From the NCBI GenBank assembly GCA_044866005.1, contig JBIOTN010000101.1:1-15699 (forward strand): a stretch of DNA of 15,699 nt. The letters are read 5' to 3'. The notes below the pieces were generated by a model. That model had not been told where the DNA came from. It made no database searches and was given only the letters and a program-made list of their open reading frames with translations. Each line of letters starts with the position of its first letter. Position 1 is the first letter of the stretch. Of this stretch, positions 1 through 6,347 are shown one piece after another. The position numbers and the translations under genes were made by a program. Source of the DNA: Candidatus Rokuibacteriota bacterium (GTDB taxonomy: Bacteria; Methylomirabilota; Methylomirabilia; Rokubacteriales; DASRDR01).

Positions 1-2
1 GC

Positions 3-80
3 CGCGATTTCGGTCTGAAGCAAGCCGAGAACGCCAAGGACAAGGCCGAAGAGGCGCGCTGTATCCTTTCTACTCTCTAA
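3..80 (+). CDS. 3' end of an unidentified CDS entering from the left edge (...RDFGLKQAENAKDKAEEARCILSTL*)
   Basis: Frame is open from base 3 to TAA at 78-80, with GC3-rich codons (aag gcc gag aac gcc aag gac aag) up to ~60. Too short to assign a product. Confidence 0.5.
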   Translation, partial: RDFGLKQAENAKDKAEEARCILSTL

Positions 81-109
81 TACCTACGGTATTAGAGTTT
101 CACTGAAAC
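75..109. repeat. Two adjacent AT-rich perfect inverted repeats
   Basis: CTCTAATACC (75-84) / GGTATTAGAG (88-97), and GTTTCA (97-102) / TGAAAC (104-109). Confidence 0.8.
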
Positions 110-312
110 CCTGGTACAACAGGGGGCACCGGCATAGTGGCCTCGGGCTGCTGACGCCCGCCGACGTGTATCACGGTCTGGCCGAAGAACGCGTCGCCGC
201 GCGGGCGACCGTGCTCGCCACGGCCTATGCCGCGCACCCAGAACGCTTCCCCGGTGGGCTCCCGACGCCGCCGGCGCGTCGTGTAGAGGTGTGGATCAAC
301 CGACCAACCTGA
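109..312 (+). pseudogene. C-terminal remnant of an IS3-family (integrase-core) transposase
   Basis: Translates to PWYNRGHRHSGLGLLTPADVYHGLAEERVAARATVLATAYAAHPERFPGGLPTPPARRVEVWINRPT*. This matches the recognisable WYN-x-HRHSG-x-TP...AY-x-HPERF...VWIN tail of IS3-type OrfB proteins. No start codon or DDE core lies upstream. Confidence 0.8.
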
Positions 313-358
313 GTGGCTGAGAAAGTGTCGACACCAGTTCCCGCCGGCTCGGCGATCC

Positions 359-387
359 TTGACCCCCTGAGAGCCGCCAGCTATGCT
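359..387 (+). promoter_or_regulatory. sigma70-type promoter for the 450-2806 cluster
   Basis: TTGACC (359-364), 17-nt spacer, TATGCT (382-387). Confidence 0.65.
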
Positions 388-449
388 CGGTCCGCTCTTG
401 GCGGGGCAGGAAACTGACCGTACTGTTACCGCACAGGGATGTCCGGCCG

Positions 450-1622
450 ATGAAATGTCCGCGGTGCCAGCACGAGAACGAGGCGGGCGCGAAGTTCTGC
501 GAGGAGTGCGCCGCCCCGCTCCTGCGAACCTGCCCGAGCTGCGGTGGCCAGGCGACGCCCTCGGCGAAGTTCTGTCCTCACGTCAGGCAGTCCGCCCGAA
601 TCCCGCTCTGGCCGCAAGCCGTCCGGCAGGCGATCCGCCCGCGCTGGTGGCCTCACTACCTGCTTGCCATCGCGCTATTGATCGGCGGCCTGGTGGGCGC
701 CTCCATCGCGGCGGCGCAGCGCGCCGGATCCATACGGATTGGTGCGCTCACCGAGTCGTGGGGACCGACGCCGCCGATGGTGGGCCTACGCGATGGCCTG
801 ATCGAGCGCGGCTATCGGGAGGGCGAGCAGTTCGTCATCGGCGTCCGCTTCACGCAGGGCGACATCGCGGCGTTGTCCACAGCGGCCCGGGAGCTGATCC
901 AGCAGGGAGCGGACATCCTCTTTGTCACCGGCATCCACGCGGCGAAGGCCGCTCGGATGGCGACGGACCGGATCCCCATCGTCTTCGCCGCTCCGATCGG
1001 CGACCCGGTCGACCTTGGACTGGTCAAGAGTTTCGCCCAGCCCGGTAGCAACATCACGGGCGTGACCGACCTGGACCTCGAGCTAAGTCCGAAGCGTCTC
1101 GAAATCTTCCGGGAACTGGTCCCCGGTCTGAAACGCGTCCTGTTCGCGTACGACCCTAGCGACGCCTACGGCGTGGCCATCGCCAAAGGGTACCGTGAGG
1201 CCGCTCGCCGTCTGGGGATCGCGCTCATCGAGAGAACCGTGAGGACGGAGGAGGAGGCGCGCGCGCTCGCCAAGCTGAGAAAGGGCGAGTTCGATGGGAT
1301 TCTCGGCGCGTCGAGCCTCTCCATGAACATCCCCGGCTTCCTTCTGGAAGCCGCATCCCAACAGGGCATCCCGACGATGTTCAATGACATCTTCTGGGTG
1401 GAGCGGGCCAAAGCCCTCGCGAGCTACGGCCCGGACATGTATGAGTCGGGCCGGCAGGCCGCGCGCCTGGTGGAGAAGCTCCTCAAGGGCGAAGACCCGG
1501 CGAACATCCCCGTGGAGACCAACCCCAAGATCGAGCTCGCCGTCAATCTGGCTGTGACGAAGGCCCTGAAGCTCACGATCCCGCCTGAAATGCAGCTCCG
1601 GGTGAACCGGTTCGTACCGTGA
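450..1622 (+). CDS. ABC transporter substrate-binding protein (ABC_sub_bind type) with N-terminal double-zinc-ribbon-like domain and a hydrophobic TM/signal segment
   Basis: The N-terminus has CPRC...CEEC...CPSC...CPH. Residues ~70-89 are hydrophobic (YLLAIALLIGGLVGASIAAA). Family motifs follow: IPIVF...DPVDLGLVKSFAQPGSNITG, KRLEIFRELVP, ASYGPD, LLKGEDPANIPVE...ELAVNL. Confidence 0.85.
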   Translation: MKCPRCQHENEAGAKFCEECAAPLLRTCPSCGGQATPSAKFCPHVRQSARIPLWPQAVRQAIRPRWWPHYLLAIALLIGGLVGASIAAAQRAGSIRIGALTESWGPTPPMVGLRDGLIERGYREGEQFVIGVRFTQGDIAALSTAARELIQQGADILFVTGIHAAKAARMATDRIPIVFAAPIGDPVDLGLVKSFAQPGSNITGVTDLDLELSPKRLEIFRELVPGLKRVLFAYDPSDAYGVAIAKGYREAARRLGIALIERTVRTEEEARALAKLRKGEFDGILGASSLSMNIPGFLLEAASQQGIPTMFNDIFWVERAKALASYGPDMYESGRQAARLVEKLLKGEDPANIPVETNPKIELAVNLAVTKALKLTIPPEMQLRVNRFVP

Positions 1623-1654
1623 CGCCCGACGCCTTAGAGAAAGGAGGCCGCGGG

Positions 1655-2218
1655 ATGCCCAGGTTGCTCACGCACTTGACGAGCTTCGTACTCCCGGCTG
1701 TACTGCTGGCCGGCGCGCTGGGCGCCGCCACGCCACGCACGGCCACCGCGCTCGAGATCGGAAGGCCCGCGCCCGACTTCACGTTGCCCAGCACGACGGG
1801 CGGGAAGATCAGCCTGAGCCAGTTCCGGGGAAAGCTGGTCCTCATCGAGTTCTATGGCGCAGCCTTCGCCCCGACGTGAACAGCGAATCTCTCGGCCAGG
1901 AAGGCCGATTACGGCAAGTTCCAGGAGCTGAGCGTGCAGATCCTCGGCGTCAGCGCCGACAACCCGTTTGCCCAGAAGACATTTGCGGACTCGCTCAAGC
2001 TACCATACCCGCTTCTCAGCGACTTCCCCGAGCTCAAGACCATCCGGCAGTACGGGATCCTCTCCGCGGAAAAGATCTACGCCCAGCGCTCGTTCTTCCT
2101 CGTGGACCAGCAGGGGATCCTCCGGCATCAGTGGCTCCTGGGCGCAGCCGGCGATGACACCGTCTTCCCGAGCGAGCCGATCCTGAAGGTCGTGCGGGAG
2201 GTCGCGGGCAAACCCTAG
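1655..2218 (+). CDS. Exported AhpC/TSA-family peroxiredoxin-like selenoprotein, 187 aa, Sec at residue 75 (TGA 1877-1879)
   Basis: SD AAGGAGG (1641-1647) precedes ATG 1655. A signal peptide ends in ATA-LE. The sequence reads GRPAPDFTLPSTTGGKISLSQFRGKLVLIEFYGAAFAPT[TGA]TANLSARKADYGKFQELSVQILGVSADNPFAQKTFA...YPLLSD...AQRSFFLVD. ORF-track pieces 1619-1879 and 1934-2218 share one frame with no other stop, and the TGA aligns with the peroxidatic Cys. Confidence 0.9.
1892..1908 (+). promoter_or_regulatory. Putative bacterial SECIS hairpin
   Basis: Stem TCGGCC (1892-1897) / GGCCGA (1903-1908) with loop AGGAA. The stem starts 12 nt after the TGA and has a G in the second loop position. Confidence 0.75.
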
Positions 2219-2239
2219 AGTGGGAGCGAGACATCCCTC

Positions 2240-2806
2240 ATGATCCACACCGCCAGGGGGCGGAAGCTCTGCGGGCTACTCGCCGTCATCGCCATTCTGG
2301 TGTCGCAGGCCCCCGGCCAGTCTGCGGAAAACGGGCTGCTGCGGGCGCTCGATCTTGGCGGTTATGCGCCCCGCCAGAGGCCGCCCGACTTTCGCGCCTT
2401 CACCCCGGACGGTCAAGCTCTGTCGCTCGCTGGGTTGCGTCGGAGGGTGGTCCTGCTGACTTTCTGGGCGACCTGGTGCCTGCCGTGTCGGGAGGAGATG
2501 CCGGCGTTCGAGCAATTGCACCGCGAGTTCGGCGCGGAGGGACTCACCGTCCTCGGCGTCAACGTCAGGGAGGAAGGCCCGGCCATCCGGAGGTACGCGC
2601 AGGAGCTCGTCCTGACGTTTCCCCTGGTCCTAGACCCCGAAGGCAAGACGCAAATGTCGTACGGCGTGGTAGGCCTGCCGACCAGCTTTCTGATCGGTCG
2701 GGATGGACACGCCGTCGCGCGGGCCATCGGACCCCGGGAGTGGGGCAGCGCGCCCGCGCGTGCTTTGATTCGCGCTCTGCTGGCGGAACCACCTGCCCGG
2801 CGATGA
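2240..2806 (+). CDS. TlpA/ResA-like thioredoxin-fold disulfide reductase, exported or membrane-anchored
   Basis: N-terminal hydrophobic segment, then PDF, VVLLTFWATWCLPCREEMP (CxxC), VLGVN, FPLVLD, and YGVVGLPTSFLIGRDG (cis-Pro loop). Confidence 0.9.
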   Translation: MIHTARGRKLCGLLAVIAILVSQAPGQSAENGLLRALDLGGYAPRQRPPDFRAFTPDGQALSLAGLRRRVVLLTFWATWCLPCREEMPAFEQLHREFGAEGLTVLGVNVREEGPAIRRYAQELVLTFPLVLDPEGKTQMSYGVVGLPTSFLIGRDGHAVARAIGPREWGSAPARALIRALLAEPPARR

Positions 2807-2960
2807 GGTTCCCCGCCAACAGGCGTACGAACGTTGCGACCTTATTTGCAGCGTGAACTACCCTGAACCGAGCCGAGCCAGCCGGACTCTCAACCGGAGT
2901 GGCCGAGATTCGTGGGCAGGTCGCCAACCCACGCAACACCCGAGCGACGGGAGGGCCCTG

Positions 2961-3011
2961 CTACACTAATCTCACGAACCGACCGTCTCATTCTTGTTGA
3001 CAGGCTCCGCA
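2961..3011 (+). mobile_element. Possible right end of an IS3-family element
   Basis: CTACACTAA...GTCTCATTCTTGTTGACAGGCTCCGCA is an AT-richer tract ending in CA. From memory it resembles termini of IS3 elements with the VWIN-type tail. No partner IR is visible in the window. Confidence 0.4.
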
Positions 3012-3033
3012 GCGCCTCGAGACGCCCAGCGGC

Positions 3034-3384
3034 TCAGCCGACGAAACCTTCGACGGGGATGAGTCTTTTCGCGACGGGATCGACCGCGAGAAAGAGGCTT
3101 TCGAGCGCGACCGCGCCCAGCAGCGCAGACCCGCCGGGCGCGATGAAGCAGGGCGTCGTGACCGCCTGGCCGTCGAGAGCAACCCGGACCTCCGCCACCG
3201 GCCACACTTCCCGCTGACCGCCCGCGATCACGACCGGTTGGGATCGGGAACCCACCAATTCCAGCCGCTCGGCCAGCGACCGAGGAACAACCAGTAATGT
3301 GGCACCGGTGTCCACGAGCAATTCGACGCTTTCGCTTCGGCCAGTCGGCCCCGTCAAGCGGCCCGTGACACGGAACAGTCCCAT
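3034..3384 (-). CDS. Clan AA (retropepsin-like) aspartyl protease
   Basis: Catalytic motif LLVDTGAT and C-terminal ALLGAVALESL...VDP, 116 aa. SD GGAGG at 3400-3396, and a TAGAAT -10-like hexamer at 3413-3408. Confidence 0.85.
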   Translation of the reverse strand: MGLFRVTGRLTGPTGRSESVELLVDTGATLLVVPRSLAERLELVGSRSQPVVIAGGQREVWPVAEVRVALDGQAVTTPCFIAPGGSALLGAVALESLFLAVDPVAKRLIPVEGFVG

Positions 3385-3456
3385 TTGCCCGAGCGCCTCC
3401 CCGCTTCATTCTAGCGCAGCAGACCGCCGCCGGCTCGACATGTGTGGGTGACGGCG

Positions 3457-4860
3457 TCAGCCGAGCGGCGGGCGGCGGCGGAAGAAGCCGGCGGCCTGCT
3501 CGTAGGCGTGGCCGACGCGGAGCACGGTCGCCTCGTCGAAGGGCCGGCCGACCAGCTGGAGCCCGATGGGCAGCCCGGCGGCCGAGAACCCGCAGGGGAG
3601 GCTGAGCGCCGGCAGCCCGAGCGTGTTCCAGGGGCGCGTCAGCCGCGAGAAGCGGCCCATGCGGAGGACGACCTCGTCGGTGCTCCCGGCCTTCACCGCC
3701 GCGAAGGCCGGCGCCGGCTCGGGAATGGTCGGCATGGCCAGGACGTCCACGTCGGCGAGCACGTCCCGGAGGAAGCCACGGCAGAACCGCGCGCGGAGCC
3801 GCGCCGCCTGGAGGTAGTCGACCGCGCCGAGGTGCAGGCCGACCTCCAGGCGGGCGCGCACGGCCGGCTGGAGGGCGTGGGGCTCCTCGCGCAGGATGCG
3901 CGCGTGGATGGCCGCGCTCTCGGCCCGCGCGATCACGTTGGCCACGTCGGCCGCCATCCGGGGATCCGGAACGGGACGCTCGCTCACCGCGGCCCCGAGC
4001 TCGCCGAGCGTCTGGACGGCGCTCCGCACCGCGGCGGCGACCTCCCCGTCGAGCCCGTCCCAGTAGAAGTTCGAGGGGACGCCGACGCGGAGGCCCCGGA
4101 TCGGGTGGTCGAGCGCCGCGACGTAGTCCGGGACGGCGCGGCGGCTCGAGGTCGCATCGGCCGGATCGTGCCCCGCGATGGCCGAGAGCAGGAGCGCCAC
4201 GTCGCGCACGGTGCGCGCCATGGGGCCCACGTGGTCGAGCGACCAGGACAGCGGCATGACGCCGGCCCGACTGACGCGGCCGTAGGTCGGCTTGAGGCCG
4301 ACGATCCCGCAGCAGGCCGCCGGCAGGCGGATGGAGCCGCCGGTGTCGGTGCCGAGGGCGCCGGGGACGAGCCCGGCGGCCACCGCGGCGCCCGACCCGC
4401 TGGAGGAGCCGCCGGCGACGTGGCCCAAGCGCCAGGGGTTCTGGACGTCGCCGTGGTGGGCGTTGTCGCCGAAGGGGCCGAGGGCGAGCTCGCTCAGGTT
4501 GAGCTTGCCCAGCGTGATGGCGCCTGCGTGCGTGAGGCGCGCGACCGCGGTCGCGTCGCGCTCGGCGATGAAGTAGTCCTCGCTCTTCGTCCCGCACGAG
4601 GTGGGCAGGCCGCGGACGAAGCAGAGGTCCTTGTAGGCGAGCGGCACGCCGTGGAGCGGCCCGGCGAGCCGCCCCGTCCGGGCCTCGGCTTCCCGCGCCG
4701 TGGCGATCCTCAGCGCGCGCTCCGCGTCCACCGTGATGAAGGCGCGGAGCGTGGGATCGAGCCGCTCGATCCGCGCCAGGCAGTCCCGCGTGACCTCGAG
4801 CGGCGAGACTCGCCCGGCGCGGATCGCGGTCGCGAGGTCGAGGAGCGTCGGCTCAGCCAC
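3457..4860 (-). CDS. Amidase-signature family amidase (GatA/AtzE-like), 467 aa
   Basis: GPLHGVPLAYKD, GKLNLSE, GGSSSGSGAAVAAG and GTDTGGSIRLPAACCG give the Lys-Ser-Ser triad. Homology starts at GTG 4860 (VAEPTLLDLA), preceded by GGAAGG. Confidence 0.9.
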   Translation of the reverse strand: MAEPTLLDLATAIRAGRVSPLEVTRDCLARIERLDPTLRAFITVDAERALRIATAREAEARTGRLAGPLHGVPLAYKDLCFVRGLPTSCGTKSEDYFIAERDATAVARLTHAGAITLGKLNLSELALGPFGDNAHHGDVQNPWRLGHVAGGSSSGSGAAVAAGLVPGALGTDTGGSIRLPAACCGIVGLKPTYGRVSRAGVMPLSWSLDHVGPMARTVRDVALLLSAIAGHDPADATSSRRAVPDYVAALDHPIRGLRVGVPSNFYWDGLDGEVAAAVRSAVQTLGELGAAVSERPVPDPRMAADVANVIARAESAAIHARILREEPHALQPAVRARLEVGLHLGAVDYLQAARLRARFCRGFLRDVLADVDVLAMPTIPEPAPAFAAVKAGSTDEVVLRMGRFSRLTRPWNTLGLPALSLPCGFSAAGLPIGLQLVGRPFDEATVLRVGHAYEQAAGFFRRRPPLG

Positions 4861-5044
4861 GCGGCCCTTCCGTCGCGGGCGGGGCGCCGGCCGGGGCCGC
4901 CGGGCCGGGCTCGGGCCTCTCGCCCTCGAGGGCGGCGAGGAATCGCGCCGGCTCTTCGGCCAGGGCCAGGTCGGCGGCGGCCCGCTCGATGACCGCGGCG
5001 AGGTCCGCCAGCTCGACCCGGCGTCCGCGGGAGGCGTCAGCCAT
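4853..5044 (-). CDS. Small hypothetical protein (63 aa), possible amidase accessory subunit
   Basis: MADASRGRRVELADLAAVIERAAADLALAEEPARFLAALEG... fills the gap between the CBS and amidase genes exactly, with 8-nt overlaps on both sides (ATGGCTGA and GTGGCTGA). Confidence 0.65.
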   Translation of the reverse strand: MADASRGRRVELADLAAVIERAAADLALAEEPARFLAALEGERPEPGPAAPAGAPPATEGPRG

Positions 5045-5678
5045 CGGGCGCGCTCGGTCGCTCGGGCTCGGGCCCGGGGTCCGGGCCGCTGACGATCGTG
5101 AGCCCGGCGGCACCGAGCACCTCCTCCACGCGCGCCATCTCCCGGGTCTCGATGTGGAGGCGCACGCGCTCGGGCCGGCGGCCGCCGCCGAGCGGGTCGA
5201 GGGTGGCCTCGACGAGGCGCGCCACCTCGATGCCGAGCGACCGGATCGCGTGGTGGGCGAGCGCCATCGCCTCGGGCCGGTAGGCCACCACGACCTCGCT
5301 GGCGGGCCCGCCGACCTGGAGCCGCACCACGTCGACCAGCGCCGCGACGGCGTCCGTCTGGGTCAGGATGCCGACCAGCTTGCCCTCCTCGATGACCGGC
5401 AGGCAGCCGATCCGCCGGTCGAAGAGGAGCCGCGCGGCCTTGTCGATCGCGGTCCGCGGGCTCACCACGACCACGGGCCGGCTCATGATCGTCGTGACCG
5501 GGGTCCCCGGCGCGACGCCGCGGAGGTCGCGATCGGTGACGACCCCGACCACCCGGTCTCCCTCGACGACCGGCAGGTGCCGGATGCGATGGCGCCGCGA
5601 CAGCTCCACCGCCTCGGCGGCCGTCGTGCTCGGGGGCACCGTGTAGACGGGCCTCGACATCCAGGAGGCCACGTGCAC
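5037..5678 (-). CDS. CBS-domain pair protein (AcuB-like) with a possible C-terminal ACT-like domain
   Basis: Motifs MSRPVYTV, IRHLPVVEGDRVVGVVTDRDLR, IMSRPVVVV and RIGCLPVIEEGKLVGILTQTD. Confidence 0.88.
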   Translation of the reverse strand: MHVASWMSRPVYTVPPSTTAAEAVELSRRHRIRHLPVVEGDRVVGVVTDRDLRGVAPGTPVTTIMSRPVVVVSPRTAIDKAARLLFDRRIGCLPVIEEGKLVGILTQTDAVAALVDVVRLQVGGPASEVVVAYRPEAMALAHHAIRSLGIEVARLVEATLDPLGGGRRPERVRLHIETREMARVEEVLGAAGLTIVSGPDPGPEPERPSAPDG

Positions 5679-5684
5679 GCTGTA

Positions 5685-5713
5685 AGGATGCCCGGGGCGG
5701 CCGGGCCACGCAA
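5685..5713 (-). promoter_or_regulatory. sigma70-like promoter giving a probable leaderless CBS transcript
   Basis: On the minus strand: TTGCGT (5713-5708), 17 nt, CATCCT (5690-5685), 6 nt, then GTG start at 5678. No SD is present. Confidence 0.45.
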
Positions 5714-5742
5714 GCCGGGACCGCCGTCGCGGCCGCGGCGTC

Positions 5743-5758
5743 TGGCACGGATCTCGCT
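5743..5758 (+). promoter_or_regulatory. sigma54 (-24/-12) promoter
   Basis: TGGCACGGATCTCGCT has exact GG-N10-GC spacing and one mismatch to TGGCACGN4TTGCW. It lies ~110 nt upstream of the lipoprotein gene. Confidence 0.65.
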
Positions 5759-5869
5759 ACGACCGGCAGCAAGGGCAGCAGTCGGCCGGAAGGCGTGAGC
5801 GCCGTGGCGGCGCGCAGCGCCGCCCGCCGTCGGAAGGCCCTCTAGACGCGGGAAGCAAGCGGAGGCATT

Positions 5870-6070
5870 ATGCAGAGGACACGCGCTCTGCTCAGCGCGC
5901 TCGTCGCCGCGGGCGTGCTCAGCGGCACGGTGCTGGTCGGCTGCGACAAGGGGCCGGCCCAGCGGACCGGCGAGAAGATCGACAACGCCATCGACAAGCT
6001 GGCGGGCAAGGGCCCGGCCGAGAAGGCCGGCGAGCGGCTCGACAAGGCGGCGGAGGAGCTGAAGAAGTAG
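5870..6070 (+). CDS. Small lipoprotein (66 aa) with an internal repeat
   Basis: SD GGAGG at 5861-5865. Signal peptide with lipobox LVG-C25. Repeats KGPAQRTGEKID / KGPAEKAGERLD. Confidence 0.85.
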   Translation: MQRTRALLSALVAAGVLSGTVLVGCDKGPAQRTGEKIDNAIDKLAGKGPAEKAGERLDKAAEELKK

Positions 6071-6203
6071 GGGCCGGCCGGGCCCGGGGCGTTGGAAGGC
6101 TGACCGGCGTGTCCAGACCCGGACGGGGCCAACCCCTTCGGGCCAAGGCCTTAAGGGGGACGCCGGCGTAGCGCGACGCAGGGTTGGCCTTCCGCGCCAT
6201 GCC

Positions 6204-6219
6204 CGGCACGGTTCTTGAA
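6204..6219 (+). promoter_or_regulatory. Second sigma54-like motif
   Basis: CGGCACGGTTCTTGAA is GG-N10-GA, with the -12 C replaced by A. It lies ~130 nt upstream of ATG 6348. Confidence 0.4.
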
Positions 6220-6347
6220 CCGCGGCAAGCGAGCCTCGTGGCGACACCCTCGGACGCGGTACGGTCGGGTGCCGCTCCCCCGGAGCTGGTCGGGAGCCTG
6301 CTCGGCGAGTGCTGGTGCAGGCCTCCGGAGGAGGAGGGAAGGACAGC

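Noticed and set aside
97..109. GTTTCA-C-TGAAAC as a CRISPR repeat
   Set aside because: It is a single copy with no repeat-spacer periodicity and no cas genes.
310..418. Sec read-through of the TGA ending the transposase remnant, or of other TGA stops in the window
   Set aside because: These TGAs are not at catalytic Cys positions, and no domain similarity continues past them.
1619..2218. Two separate small ORFs (1619-1879, 1934-2218) or a nonsense pseudogene
   Set aside because: Both are in the same frame, the stop is a TGA exactly at the catalytic position, a SECIS-like hairpin follows, and there is no other lesion. Sec recoding explains this better.
2807..2960. Integron attC site or ncRNA after the TlpA gene
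   Set aside because: Only imperfect scattered complementarity is visible, with no proper RYYYAAC/GTTRRRY pair and no integrase.
2997..3025. TTGACA at 2997-3002 as a promoter -35
   Set aside because: There is no -10 hexamer at the right spacing and no same-strand gene downstream.
3457..4860. Calling the amidase gatA
   Set aside because: There is no gatB alongside it, and only general amidase-signature motifs are visible.
4861..5772. 771-aa amidase with a long N-terminal extension (ORF 3457-5772)
   Set aside because: The extension is an Arg/Pro-rich alternative frame over the CBS and small genes. Amidase similarity starts at GTG 4860.
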